From a virus, in IMG/VR virus record IMGVR_UViG_3300046464_000709, positions 52,806 to 116,805 of that record: a stretch of DNA of 64,000 nucleotides, one strand, 5' to 3'. Position numbers and translations under genes: made by a program. Positions 44,073-54,163 of the stretch are shown here, piece after piece. The notes beneath the pieces are model-generated. The model did not search any database. It had not been told where the DNA came from and saw only the letters and a list, made by a program, of their open reading frames with translations. Position 1 is the first letter of the stretch. The number at the start of each line of letters is the position of its first letter.

Positions 44073-44381
44073 TCATTCTAGACCATGATTCTTTTTGTCT
44101 TCATCTGTCCATTTTGGCGTATCCGAGCCAAAAAGATCGTCTATGACGCATGTTCCAAACTCTTCAACGGAATGGTTTTTAGGCATTAGGGATTGTATGT
44201 AAGCTAAAACTTTTTTACCGACTTCTTCATGTACAGGAGAAAAAGCGTATGTTGTCATATCTAAGTCGCTACCATATCCAAATTCTAAAATAATGTGGCA
44301 ATCATCTAAGACATCTTTGTTTGTTATTGGGCAAGTGATATTTAAATCGTCATCATAAAATGGATCTGTTTTTTTACTCAT
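44073..44381 (-). CDS. Hypothetical protein
   Basis: LEFGYGSDLD motif; own promoter. Confidence 0.6.
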   Translation of the reverse strand: MSKKTDPFYDDDLNITCPITNKDVLDDCHIILEFGYGSDLDMTTYAFSPVHEEVGKKVLAYIQSLMPKNHSVEEFGTCVIDDLFGSDTPKWTDEDKKNHGLE

Positions 44382-44422
44382 AATTAAAGTTTAGCATATT
44401 TTTTAAAAAATGTCAAGGAAAA

Positions 44423-44516
44423 TGGCGGAGAGAACAGGATTCGAACCTGCGGAAGAGCAATAAACCCTTCAACGGTTTAGCAAACCGCCGCCTTAAACCT
44501 ACTCAGCCATCTCTCC
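44423..44516 (-). tRNA. tRNA-Ser (GCT)
   Basis: GGAGAGA acceptor stem, CGGT-TT-GCT-AA-ACCG anticodon arm, long variable arm, GGTTCGAATCC, encoded CCA. Confidence 0.95.
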
Positions 44517-44955
44517 TAAAATTGTTTATTTTCCTTTTTGCCCAAGCTTTCTTCATTGCAATACTTTGCTTGGCTTTGTATTCGGACGAACTATGATTCT
44601 TGGAATTCATATTATTCTTCATGGAGCTGCTTAATTTTAATTTCTTTTTTTGTACATCTCCTTTTTTCCAATGACTTTTGTTGCCAGTATTAGAATCACT
44701 GATTTTAGATTTATGATCTTTGGTTTTTGATTTTCCTTTATTTTTTAATCCTCCAATGCGAGATGTCTCGGCAAAAATCTGCTGGTGTCCAATTTGTTTT
44801 GTGAGGGATTTCCACGCAAGATAGTCTTCTTGCTTGCCATGTTTTTGATAAAGTTCAAAGTGAGCCTTGGCATGTTCTTCTACAGATAACTCAATAATAT
44901 TATTAGGGTCATCTGTGCCACCCATGTGTTTTGGAATAATATGATGTTTGTGCAT
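44503..44955 (-). CDS. HNH homing endonuclease with NUMOD3-like repeats
   Basis: HKHHIIPKHMGGTDDPNN...EHAKAH, then HKSKISDS and KAKQSIAMKKAW helices. Confidence 0.85.
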   Translation of the reverse strand: MHKHHIIPKHMGGTDDPNNIIELSVEEHAKAHFELYQKHGKQEDYLAWKSLTKQIGHQQIFAETSRIGGLKNKGKSKTKDHKSKISDSNTGNKSHWKKGDVQKKKLKLSSSMKNNMNSKNHSSSEYKAKQSIAMKKAWAKRKINNFRRDG

Positions 44956-44965
44956 GTTTTAAAAA

Positions 44966-45040
44966 TGGAGGCTCCAATCGGAATCGAACCGATGATTCAT
45001 GATTACAAGTCAAGTGTTTTGCCGACTAAACTATGGAGCC
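44966..45040 (-). tRNA. tRNA-Thr (TGT)
   Basis: GGCTCCA acceptor stem, CT-TGT-AA loop, GGTTCGATTCC, encoded CCA. Confidence 0.93.
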
Positions 45041-45053
45041 AATAAATATTATA

Positions 45054-45942
45054 TCATCCAATAACAATTCTGTCAACATCGTGTTCAAGTTCATAGTTGT
45101 TCCAATAATCGTGATCGTATTGGCTGTATTTTATGTCTTCAAAAAGAACTAGATTTGTTATCGGTCCTGCAAGATCATGATCTTCTTGTTCGTAGCCAAC
45201 CGCTATTCCTTCGGGCACTCGACCACTACCGTCAATATATTCAAAACATTCATCGTAGTTATGCTCGGAGTAAATTATTTGATCTGAATTTATATTCATT
45301 TTTTTGTAATTCTTTCTCTGTTATTAACATGATTTTTCATTTCTTCATATATTTTTCGCAAAATATCTTTTTGAGATAATATTCTCAACTTTGTTTCTTG
45401 ATCGGATACTTTATTGTATTGTTTTTCTAGCACGTCTATCTGATCGGTGATTATTGAGCGATCAAATTCTCCTTTGTAAGTCCATCCAAGATCAAAGCCT
45501 CTTGTTAAACCTGTTTGGTGGGCTTTCTCGAAGTCATTATTTATTCCGTCGTCAAAGATCATCTTGTTACTGATAGAGGTTTTATCCAACCTTCTCCCGA
45601 GTGAAGCTTTGCGGCGTGGATTTTCTGCCTTGAGCTCAAGTCAACTGCTTCTGCTAATTTTTGAGCTTCTTGAGGTGAAATGTTTAATCTTTTACCATTT
45701 ACCCAAATAACACAAGGTATATGACCATTAAGGTTGAATGGGTGCGGTATTTCGTTGATTTGAATTTTCGCTAGTTTTGCTGTATTTGGTATAAAGTTAG
45801 GAGCTGGAATTGTTGGCAATATTGACGGAGGTGGGGGCGGAGCCTTAAATGTTTCCATATCTAAGGTCGAATTTTTAATCTTTGAAGGTTCGCAGCCAAC
45901 AAAAAACAATAAAAATATAAAATATAAACTATAAATTTTCAT
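45054..45942 (-). other. Three hypothetical ORFs (45054-45299, 45296-45589, 45559-45942; the last has a lipobox)
   Basis: Overlapping co-oriented ORFs; FVGC lipobox in 45559-45942. Confidence 0.55.
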
Positions 45943-46095
45943 TTAAGTGTTTCTCTATAAATTGTTTTGCTTTTTCAAAAGCTTCGGTGTGATATTTTTC
46001 GCACCACTGCAAGACCCACTCTTTTGTGTAAAGATTTATTAAGTCTTGTTTTTCTATATCTAATTTATATTTGTTTCCTGCTAGTTCGTTCATTT

Positions 46096-46353
46096 TTAAA
46101 ATAAGTTTAATTGATTTGGGTCTTCTGTTTCTATCTCTTCGTTATTTTCTTGAGTTTGTTTGATTTTTGATTTTGTTGATCGCAGCCAATTTCTTTGAGC
46201 CATTCTAACAACAAATCTCATAAAGGCAAAGGCATAAATTTTATTCAGCTCTATAGTTCCGTTAAATCCGTCATGGTCGTATAAAGTAAAAACCTTGCTT
46301 TCTTCGTCGTATTCAAAGGTTGCGTTCTTTAGTTGTTTTGTTATTTTTCCCAT
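46096..46353 (-). CDS. Hypothetical protein
   Basis: Own sigma70 promoter; degenerate paralog at 47642-47792. Confidence 0.7.
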   Translation of the reverse strand: MGKITKQLKNATFEYDEESKVFTLYDHDGFNGTIELNKIYAFAFMRFVVRMAQRNWLRSTKSKIKQTQENNEEIETEDPNQLNLF

Positions 46354-46440
46354 ATTTTTACACTATTATACCATACAGGAATCCCTGTGTCAAGCCGAAA
46401 AAATCCGCACGGATGCTAAGATTCGGGTGTATATACAACC

Positions 46441-46803
46441 ATGCTGAAAGGAAAAGAAAGACAAATAGTGCTTGATTATTTATATCAAGAATGTATTATG
46501 AGATCGACGGATTCGTCTGCGGTAAGAAAAAAAATGACCTGCAAAATAGAATCCCAACTTAGATATGAGCATATATCTGGTAAGGAAAGAATAGAAATTT
46601 ACAACAAAATTATAAACAAAAAAATAACAGAGTATTTAATAGATAATATTACTCATTCACTCGCTCTTAATTTTGTAAACGGAAGTCCTGACAAAAGAGA
46701 TTTTAGAATAAAAGAATGGGCAGAAAATAAATGTAAAAATATGCCAAAAGCTGAAAAAATAGCAATCTGCGAAATAATTGGATTTAAATATTTAAGCAAT
46801 TAA
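46441..46803 (+). CDS. Hypothetical protein
   Basis: GTGTA-N9-ATG; paralog of 47869-48108. Confidence 0.65.
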   Translation: MLKGKERQIVLDYLYQECIMRSTDSSAVRKKMTCKIESQLRYEHISGKERIEIYNKIINKKITEYLIDNITHSLALNFVNGSPDKRDFRIKEWAENKCKNMPKAEKIAICEIIGFKYLSN

Positions 46804-46826
46804 AAAACAAAGTGTACTAAAAAAAT

Positions 46827-47630
46827 ATGAAAAGAAAAATTCTTATAATGGGACTTCCTGGATCAGGAAAAACAACATTAGCTGAAAAGCTTGTTGCTAA
46901 ATTAAATGCCGCATGGTTTAACGCAGATGCAGTTCGTCAAGATATATATTCTGAACTTGGATTTTCTCCAGAAGATCGATTGTCTCATGCAACACGAATG
47001 GGAAAACTTTGTGATTGGGCAAAAATGGGAGGTTCATATGTTATCGCAGATTTCGTATGCCCAACCCAAGAAACTAGAGCCGCTTTTGGTGCAGATTTTG
47101 TAATATGGGTAGATCGCATAATGGAGGGTAGGTATGAAGACACAAATAAAATGTTTGAAAGACCTATGAATTATGATTTAAGACTTACCGATGGAACTCC
47201 AGAAGAGTGGGTTGATAAAGTTGTTGAGAAATTAGAAGAAACTGAAGCGTGGGATAATCAAGCTCCAACTGCGTTACTTATAGGTAGGTATCAACCATTT
47301 CACATCGGGCACAAGAGCCTTGTTGCTGAAGCTGTAAAAAGAACAGGTCAATGTTGCATTGCATTAAGAGATGTCGGCGGAATTGATGATAGTAATCCGT
47401 ATGATTTTGAAAAAGTAAAAAAAGAAATACACTCTGCTTGTATAGAATTCGGAAACAAAATTAAAGTTGTAGAACTTCCAAATATTATGGATGTATTTTA
47501 TGGCAGAGGCGTTGGTTATAATATCGAACAGCTAGAATTAAGCAAAGAATTACAAGAAGTTTCTGCCACCAAAATCAGAGATGGTCAAATTGGTCAAGAT
47601 GGAAAACCTTTAGGTAAAAGACCAGAATAA
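46827..47630 (+). CDS. Adenylyl-sulfate-kinase-like domain fused to a HIGH-motif nucleotidyltransferase
   Basis: GLPGSGKTT, NADAVR, LGFSPEDR and DFVCP (CysC-like), then GRYQPFHIGH, YGRGVGY and SATKIR. Confidence 0.8.
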   Translation: MKRKILIMGLPGSGKTTLAEKLVAKLNAAWFNADAVRQDIYSELGFSPEDRLSHATRMGKLCDWAKMGGSYVIADFVCPTQETRAAFGADFVIWVDRIMEGRYEDTNKMFERPMNYDLRLTDGTPEEWVDKVVEKLEETEAWDNQAPTALLIGRYQPFHIGHKSLVAEAVKRTGQCCIALRDVGGIDDSNPYDFEKVKKEIHSACIEFGNKIKVVELPNIMDVFYGRGVGYNIEQLELSKELQEVSATKIRDGQIGQDGKPLGKRPE

Positions 47631-47641
47631 TTTATGATTCA

Positions 47642-47792
47642 TCATGTAACAACAAGACGCATAAAAGCGAAAGCGTAAACTTTATTTAGTTCGACAACCC
47701 CTCCATCTTCAGTGTCGGTTATAAGAAACTTTTTTGTTTCTTCGTCATACTCAAAAGTGGCGTTTTTAAAATTCTTTGGTTATTTTTGACAC
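47642..47792 (-). pseudogene. Frameshifted, truncated paralog of 46096-46353
   Basis: VSKITKEF/(+1 T)/KNATFEYDEETKKF...ELNKVYAFAFMRLVVT-stop versus MGKITKQLKNATFEYDEESKVF...ELNKIYAFAFMRFVVR. Confidence 0.8.
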
Positions 47793-47868
47793 TTTATGAG
47801 TGTTAACATATTTTACTTATAATGTAAAGCTATAAATGATTTTTTTGCAAAAAAGTGTATATTATGGC

Positions 47869-48108
47869 ATGCTGCAGCCACAGGAGCGTAAAGACGTGCT
47901 TGATTATTTGTACCAAAAATATATGCAAGAAAATGAAGATGAGTTTATAATAAGAGCGAGAATGACCGCCAAATTAAAAGCTAAAATGCAATACAAAAAT
48001 CTTACAGATTCACAAAGAAAAAAGATTTATAAAAATAAAAAATTAACCTCAAGATTTATATCTAAAATACTAAATCCAGCTACCATCCCAGTGGTGGACT
48101 GCATATGA
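47869..48108 (+). CDS. Shortened paralog of 46441-46803
   Basis: MLQPQERKDVLDYLYQ versus MLKGKERQIVLDYLYQ. Confidence 0.65.
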   Translation: MLQPQERKDVLDYLYQKYMQENEDEFIIRARMTAKLKAKMQYKNLTDSQRKKIYKNKKLTSRFISKILNPATIPVVDCI

Positions 48109-48360
48109 ATCTGGAAAAGTTTTTTTTAATTCGTTATGATCTGTTGGTTGATTTTCTTTTTCGTGCCACATATATGGATAAACATGCCCAGAATCAAGCC
48201 AAAGGCTCTTTGGTACTAAGTCATTCAAGTAGCCTGGCCCATATTTCCAAACACAGCCTTTGTTTTTATGACTTTTTGACCTAGGTTCAACTCCATCAAT
48301 TAATTTTTTAATTACAATGTGGTGTTTGGCTGCAGCCATAAAAGCCCCGCATATTTTTAC
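48070..48360 (-). pseudogene. C-terminal remnant of a GT32-like glycosyltransferase
   Basis: GAFMAA...YGPGYL...YPYMW...YAVHHWDGSW, with no matching N-terminal DXD half upstream. Confidence 0.55.
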
Positions 48361-48662
48361 ACCAGAATGCAAATTCTGTGGAGTTTGTTTGCAAATTAAA
48401 AAATCAATTATCTTTGTAAACCAAAAGAGAAAATTTGTATTGAGAATCTCTTCGATCCTAGAAGTGACATCAATGAACACTGCAACCGAGGCAGTTGGTT
48501 CGAGGGCCAAGTTTACATAAAACACACTTATCGATCGACTCAAAGTGCCGCTCGAAAAGAAAGACAGCGAAAAGCCCATGTAACTGAAAGAATGTTCAGT
48601 TTAGCAATGGAAATTGTGGAATTTTTGATTTTCTAGGATGAAATTACTAGTGAGCAGAGAAC

Positions 48663-49262
48663 TTAATTTTCTCCAAATTTATATCCAAAATACTCAATGT
48701 CTTTTGCGTATTTTTCCGCAACGATTTGCTTCGTTTCTTCATTGTAGTATTCGGTATAGTGTTTGTGGTTGCTTTTGTTCTTGTGCGGAAGTTGTTGGTT
48801 TGGGATTCTAATTTTTTCGCAAACTGTATTAAAGTCTTGCTGTAAGTTTTCTAGTCTAATGACAAAATCAACTTTTAAATGATCATCATCAAGAATATGT
48901 TCTATCAAGGTAGAGCTGTGCCATTTTGCGGACTTAGAAGGATACTCTTCTTTTTTAATTGAATTGCAAAAATCTTTAAAAGTTTTTGCAGAATTCCATG
49001 ACCAATGTTTATACATCGAAACTGCACGCGAATATGGATTTCTTGCAGTTGTAAAAACAAAACTTTCGTCGTATACTTTTTGACCTACATAATTTGATAT
49101 GCATTCATGTAATTTTTCGGAAGTATTCTTTTTGAGAATTGTATCATATCCCCAAAAGCCCATATCTCTGCCACCAAAAAATCGAATTTTTTCGCTGCGA
49201 CAAAAATCGACTATTGAAGTTGAGCCGCACCGAGGCATTCTTATGTAAATAACCCCCCTCAT
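48663..49262 (-). CDS. Sulfotransferase family 2 protein
   Basis: MPRCGSTS (5'-PSB), RNPYSRAVSMY (3'-PB), IRLENL. Confidence 0.85.
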   Translation of the reverse strand: MRGVIYIRMPRCGSTSIVDFCRSEKIRFFGGRDMGFWGYDTILKKNTSEKLHECISNYVGQKVYDESFVFTTARNPYSRAVSMYKHWSWNSAKTFKDFCNSIKKEEYPSKSAKWHSSTLIEHILDDDHLKVDFVIRLENLQQDFNTVCEKIRIPNQQLPHKNKSNHKHYTEYYNEETKQIVAEKYAKDIEYFGYKFGEN

Positions 49263-50068
49263 TGTTTGTTGCAAAAACTAATGCAGGATATTATTTTTTT
49301 TGCTAACTCTTTCAGCATAAATTCTGGAGAAAGTTCATTTTCTAGTAAATTGATATTATTTTTAATAATTTTTTTGTACAATCCTGGGTCTGATTCTATT
49401 ATTTGATACTTCTCCATAAGATCTGAAAGATCGTTTTTGACTGGAATATAGTTTTCCCAAGGATTTAAGTGGCTTGCTTCCCAGTTTAAAACCTCATTAT
49501 GTTCAGAAGAAAAATAAACTCTTTTGGAGGCGAGAAATTGATATGTTTTAGTGCTGTAGCTATGACCTTTTAAATCAATCAGGTATTTATAGTCTTTTTT
49601 CAGTTTCGCCACGCTTGTAAAGTTGGGCGAATTTTTAGAATATCTATTGAATTTTTCAGTTGAGATATAGTTCAGCTGAGAAAAACTTTTGCACATTTGA
49701 ATGTATTTTAGCCTCTGAGGCTTAGAGTCTCCCGCTAAGAAACCAAAAGAGGCAATTTCGTTTGTGCTATATTCGCTATTATCTAATTGCAGGTCGGATA
49801 TGATGTTTGCGTATATATCCCTTATCGTCTCAGCGCAGAAATAATGTTGATGTAAGTTTATTTTTGAGTTTTCAGTTATATGGACAATCTGACCGCTTTC
49901 GTAAATTTTCACACAAACATCATTTACAAACTTAACCAACATCTCTGGATCGACTTTGAGAGTAGCGCTTGGCGCCAGAAAATCTATTGATTTACATACT
50001 AAAAATTTAGAGGTCGGGCAGATGGAAAAATGCACTTTAAAAATTGGATCTGAGACAAGTTTAATCAT
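49259..50068 (-). CDS. Glycosyltransferase family 90-like protein
   Basis: YKYLIDLKGHSYS and LNPWENYIPVKNDLSDL. Confidence 0.7.
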   Translation of the reverse strand: MIKLVSDPIFKVHFSICPTSKFLVCKSIDFLAPSATLKVDPEMLVKFVNDVCVKIYESGQIVHITENSKINLHQHYFCAETIRDIYANIISDLQLDNSEYSTNEIASFGFLAGDSKPQRLKYIQMCKSFSQLNYISTEKFNRYSKNSPNFTSVAKLKKDYKYLIDLKGHSYSTKTYQFLASKRVYFSSEHNEVLNWEASHLNPWENYIPVKNDLSDLMEKYQIIESDPGLYKKIIKNNINLLENELSPEFMLKELAKKIISCISFCNKQ

Positions 50069-50640
50069 TTTCCAAATTTATAATTAAAATACTCAATGTC
50101 TTTTGCATATTTTTCCGCAACAATTTTACGAGTTTCGTCATCATAGTATTCTGTGTAGTGTTTGTGGTTTGTTTTATTTTTGTGGGAAAGTTCTTGCCGT
50201 AGGATTCCGATTTTGTCACAAATTATGTCAAAATCTTGCTGGAGGTTTTCGAATCTACCAATAAAATCAATATTATTTAGGTCAATTAAATTCGACTGTA
50301 ATTCAACATGCTCATTAGATGATGTAATAAAATTCTTGACAAAAAAACCAAAGCCTTTATCCTTATATTGTTTAAAAGCATGTATCCTCCATCTTCGAGA
50401 TTTCTCAGGAAATTTATCTGACCATTGTGTTTGAATTTTATCCTTCCATGTAGATAATAATCTTTCCCAAGGATTTCTTACTATTGAAAAACTAAAAACA
50501 TAGTCGGTCTCACTCTCTTCTTTTTGTTTAAGGACGGCAGATGTATTCATCCTCAGAATATGCAGGATACTGCGAGAGCCAGTCTTGGGCACTAAGTACC
50601 ATTTGATATTATCTTGAATTATTATTTCTCTCATTATCAT
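50065..50640 (-). CDS. Sulfotransferase family 2 protein
   Basis: VPKTGSRS, VRNPWERLLS, IGRFENL. Confidence 0.88.
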   Translation of the reverse strand: MIMREIIIQDNIKWYLVPKTGSRSILHILRMNTSAVLKQKEESETDYVFSFSIVRNPWERLLSTWKDKIQTQWSDKFPEKSRRWRIHAFKQYKDKGFGFFVKNFITSSNEHVELQSNLIDLNNIDFIGRFENLQQDFDIICDKIGILRQELSHKNKTNHKHYTEYYDDETRKIVAEKYAKDIEYFNYKFGK

Positions 50641-51212
50641 TTACCCTCAAATTTGTATCCGAAACACTCGATGTCTTTTGCATATTTTTCTGCGACAATT
50701 TGTTTTGTTTCTTCATCGTAGTATTCCGCGTAAGGCTTATGTTCGCTCTTGTTTTCGTGGGAGATTTGCTGTAGTTCAATTCCAAGTTTATCACAAATCA
50801 TTTTAAAATCTTCATTCAAGCTATATAAATCGCCTATGTGGTTCAAGTGCTCCCACGGAAGCATGACTGCCTGTAATTTAATATGATTGTCACATTTTTC
50901 TAGGTTATTTTTGCAAGCTTTCTTCAGAAAAACTTTAAAATCTTTGAATTTTCGCAAATTATCAACCCCTGTTTCATGGTCATCTATAACTTTATTTTTC
51001 CAAACTGAAACCATTCTGTCCCAAGGATTGCGTGTGAAGCCAAATTTAAAATAATCTTGATGCTTCTCGAAGTCAAGCTCTTGCATCTTGTCCCCTTTGA
51101 ACTCAAAACCTAAATTTTTGAGGTATTTTACTATAGTCCTGGATCCTGCTTTTGGGGTAATGAAATATATGAATTTAAATTCATCGCTTTTTATGTAAAT
51201 ATATTTTTTCAT
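50637..51212 (-). CDS. Sulfotransferase family 2 protein
   Basis: TPKAGSRT, TRNPWDRMVS. Confidence 0.88.
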   Translation of the reverse strand: MKKYIYIKSDEFKFIYFITPKAGSRTIVKYLKNLGFEFKGDKMQELDFEKHQDYFKFGFTRNPWDRMVSVWKNKVIDDHETGVDNLRKFKDFKVFLKKACKNNLEKCDNHIKLQAVMLPWEHLNHIGDLYSLNEDFKMICDKLGIELQQISHENKSEHKPYAEYYDEETKQIVAEKYAKDIECFGYKFEGK

Positions 51213-51214
51213 TT

Positions 51215-51868
51215 TTAAACTTGTATATCTGAGGTGAAGTTGTTGTTTGTTATTGGTATGTTTTTGTGGTATATGTTAAGCATGTCATTGTGCAGTACGC
51301 CATCAATGTTAGATACATGTTCGCAATCAAGAAAATTTATTATTTTTGATGTAGATTTTTTATTAAATAGCATGAAATGTGTTCCCCCCATGGGCCTGCA
51401 AGGTCTGCCGTTATAGAATCTTGAGTTGAATATAATCCCTCTATGCTTGATCACCATTTTATTATGACTAGACCAAAAACTTCCAAATATATCCCAATCA
51501 TAACCAACTAAACCTTGCGAAAAAATTTCGTTGATCTCAGTAATGCATTCGGGCTTCACGTCCCAATCATCTTCTAATACTAGATAATTGCCATGTTTCG
51601 ACTCAAGGGCTTTTTTTTGTATAAAATAATGAGAAAGATAACAGCCAAGGGTTCCTAATAGCTTAGCTTGAGAGTCCCCTTCTCTTTTTGCCCAATCCTC
51701 CATCCTGTTGTAAAAAAATTTATACTGCCCATTTAGATCTTCTTCTGTGGGGCATATTGCTGAAAATCTTTCGTATGGGATTTCAATTTTAGACAAGCAG
51801 TTTTCCATAAATTCTCTACGGTCTTCTCTTTTGTCAAGGTTAATATAGTATACTTTATCGATATTCAC
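51215..51868 (-). CDS. Glycosyltransferase family 25
   Basis: YINLDKREDR, ERFSA, GCYLSH, LVLEDD. Confidence 0.85.
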   Translation of the reverse strand: MNIDKVYYINLDKREDRREFMENCLSKIEIPYERFSAICPTEEDLNGQYKFFYNRMEDWAKREGDSQAKLLGTLGCYLSHYFIQKKALESKHGNYLVLEDDWDVKPECITEINEIFSQGLVGYDWDIFGSFWSSHNKMVIKHRGIIFNSRFYNGRPCRPMGGTHFMLFNKKSTSKIINFLDCEHVSNIDGVLHNDMLNIYHKNIPITNNNFTSDIQV

Positions 51869-51869
51869 A

Positions 51870-53558
51870 TTAAATTTCTCCTTCTAACAGTAAAAAAGAA
51901 ATAATGGAAACTATTTTTAATTTTAAATCGAATTCAGATTGGGTTTTTGGTTCAGTAAATAAGCAGCTCATGTTGTCTTTTAAAATTTCTTCAACACCTT
52001 TTACACCTTTCATCCACAAATCTCCTGTCAATGCGTTAGATACGGCTTGCCAAGCTACTCGCTTTACGAACCATGATTGATTCAACCTACTAGGGTCAAC
52101 AATATGATTTACCTTGCAATCTGGAGTATAAAGTGCAGAGTATTTTTTTCTAATTTGCGTAACTGCCTGACCTTCTTCTCCACTAAGAAGCGTACTCGTT
52201 CCACCTTTGCGACCTAAATGAGTACCAAATCCTCCAATTTCTTTAAGAACCTGCAATCTAAAACAAATATTCGCCCCTACTAACCAGATAGGTTTATCAT
52301 ATTCATGCAAGAACACATCTCTTTCCAAGAAATCTGCCATGGAAAGCTGTCCAAGCTGCTCATCGCTCAACCATTTTGGTCTTTCTGCGATTTGCCAATC
52401 TGGGATGACTTTTCCTCCAACCACTCCTATTGATGGGTTTTTGAATTTATTAACCATGTTTCGAATTAAATTTGAATCTACAATTGTATCATCATCTATG
52501 AAATAAATTAAGTCTGATTTAGACTCTTCTATACAAGCGTTTCTTGCTCCAGATAAGCCATCTGTTAACATGTTGATGTATCTGCAATTTTTTATTGTTT
52601 TTGATAAATTGTGAACTTTATTGTATTCTTTTTTTGATTCAGCTATAGTTTGTGTTGGAGTATTATCTAATATAATAATTTCATATTCATCAGAAGGCGC
52701 TGATTGATTTGCTGCAGATAATAAACATTTATATAATAAATCATAATTATTGTATGTACAAATGCATAAGCTTGTAGTTAAATCTTTATTCCAATATTCG
52801 AAAGATGGGCTATTAATATCTTTCATTAAACCCCAGTGCTCTTTTAAGTAATAAGGTTTTGAATCTTCGTTGTATATAGAAGATTGAGCCTCTGACAAAT
52901 GACATAAATCTATACATGGAAAAAATTTATAATTAAAACAAGTTTCTGCAACATGCATCACGAATCTATCTGCAGGAGCAGTAATTGAATTTTGCTTATC
53001 CCAGGAATAATCTGGGTATTCGCTTTTAATTTTATTTAATGCATCTGTAGGAGTCTTTACGCATGAAAAAGGATCGCAATCTTTTAGCGGTGAAGAATCT
53101 TCAACAAAAGAAATTAATTTTTGAGCTCCTGTTTTGTTTAAAACATACGCTTCAAGCCCATCCCATTCTCTCGCCCCCAATTGAATAAAATCTAATGATT
53201 CATCAATATCTGGGTTTGTCATTAAATAATTTACTAAATCACTAATAACTATATCATCCTCAACAATAAGTGCGAAATCTAAATCTTCATCAATGATTTT
53301 TCTCCACGAGGAATAATGGCTTAAAAAACAGCCCGATGCTCCCGCGCTTTGAGAAAAATATAATTTATAGAAAATTCCAACAGGATCTATTTTTAATCCA
53401 AAATCATCGACTGCACTTAAATCTTTGCGCGTGTCAATTGCATCTATTCTTTCGAGGCAATTTTTAATTTCATCGGGTAATAAAGAAAATAAATTCTGCG
53501 CTTTTAGCCAAGGTTGCGGGTTCTCTTCTAAGTTAATAAAAAATACTTTAAATTTCAT
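51870..53558 (-). CDS. GT25-GT2 fusion glycosyltransferase
   Basis: N-half FINL, GCFLSH, LIVEDD; C-half ICTYN, IIILDN, GLSGARN, FIDDD, GANICFR. Confidence 0.85.
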   Translation of the reverse strand: MKFKVFFINLEENPQPWLKAQNLFSLLPDEIKNCLERIDAIDTRKDLSAVDDFGLKIDPVGIFYKLYFSQSAGASGCFLSHYSSWRKIIDEDLDFALIVEDDIVISDLVNYLMTNPDIDESLDFIQLGAREWDGLEAYVLNKTGAQKLISFVEDSSPLKDCDPFSCVKTPTDALNKIKSEYPDYSWDKQNSITAPADRFVMHVAETCFNYKFFPCIDLCHLSEAQSSIYNEDSKPYYLKEHWGLMKDINSPSFEYWNKDLTTSLCICTYNNYDLLYKCLLSAANQSAPSDEYEIIILDNTPTQTIAESKKEYNKVHNLSKTIKNCRYINMLTDGLSGARNACIEESKSDLIYFIDDDTIVDSNLIRNMVNKFKNPSIGVVGGKVIPDWQIAERPKWLSDEQLGQLSMADFLERDVFLHEYDKPIWLVGANICFRLQVLKEIGGFGTHLGRKGGTSTLLSGEEGQAVTQIRKKYSALYTPDCKVNHIVDPSRLNQSWFVKRVAWQAVSNALTGDLWMKGVKGVEEILKDNMSCLFTEPKTQSEFDLKLKIVSIISFLLLEGEI

Positions 53559-53788
53559 TAATTTTTAATTACACCAGCTTTATACCTTTGTTTATCATAT
53601 TCTTTAAGATATTCTGGCCAAAAAAAATAATAAGCCGCTCCGTCATCATTCTCTATTGCGGTTTTTAATTCTTGCTCGTAAACTTTTAACCAATTTCGTT
53701 TTTGAGGGTCGAATTCTGTTTCACTAATTTGAGGGTTGTGTTTACTAACACAGCCTGTTAATATCAACAAAAAGCAAAAAAACCTCAC
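53558..53788 (-). CDS. Putative small lipoprotein (similar to 40535-40855)
   Basis: LTGC lipobox; AIENDDGAAYYFFWPEY resembles AQINDDEQAFMFFLREY. Confidence 0.55.
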   Translation of the reverse strand: MRFFCFLLILTGCVSKHNPQISETEFDPQKRNWLKVYEQELKTAIENDDGAAYYFFWPEYLKEYDKQRYKAGVIKN

Positions 53789-54163
53789 ATATAATAGTAC
53801 ACTTTAATCCAATAAATTCTTGAGTATGCCTATTTGTTTTTCAACATCGGAAATTTCTTGCTGTATTTTTTGGGAATAATCTTTTGTTTTGTTTAATTGT
53901 TGAAGAATTCTTGTTGTCAGCTCAGACAGTTCTTCGGCTAATTTTAATAAAACTTTATCTCTCTTGGTCATTGATTGAAATTCCTCTAGCTTCACAATAT
54001 GCAACTGCATAGCCAGTCTTAAAGTTAAATCTCTCAATAAACAAAACAAGCCCCATGGTGACATAGGGCTCCCAAGTTAAGAATCCGAAATTAAAGAAAA
54101 GTATGAACCCGACTAAGAATAATGGACAAAACTTGTTAAGTGAATAGTTTATTATTCCCTGTA

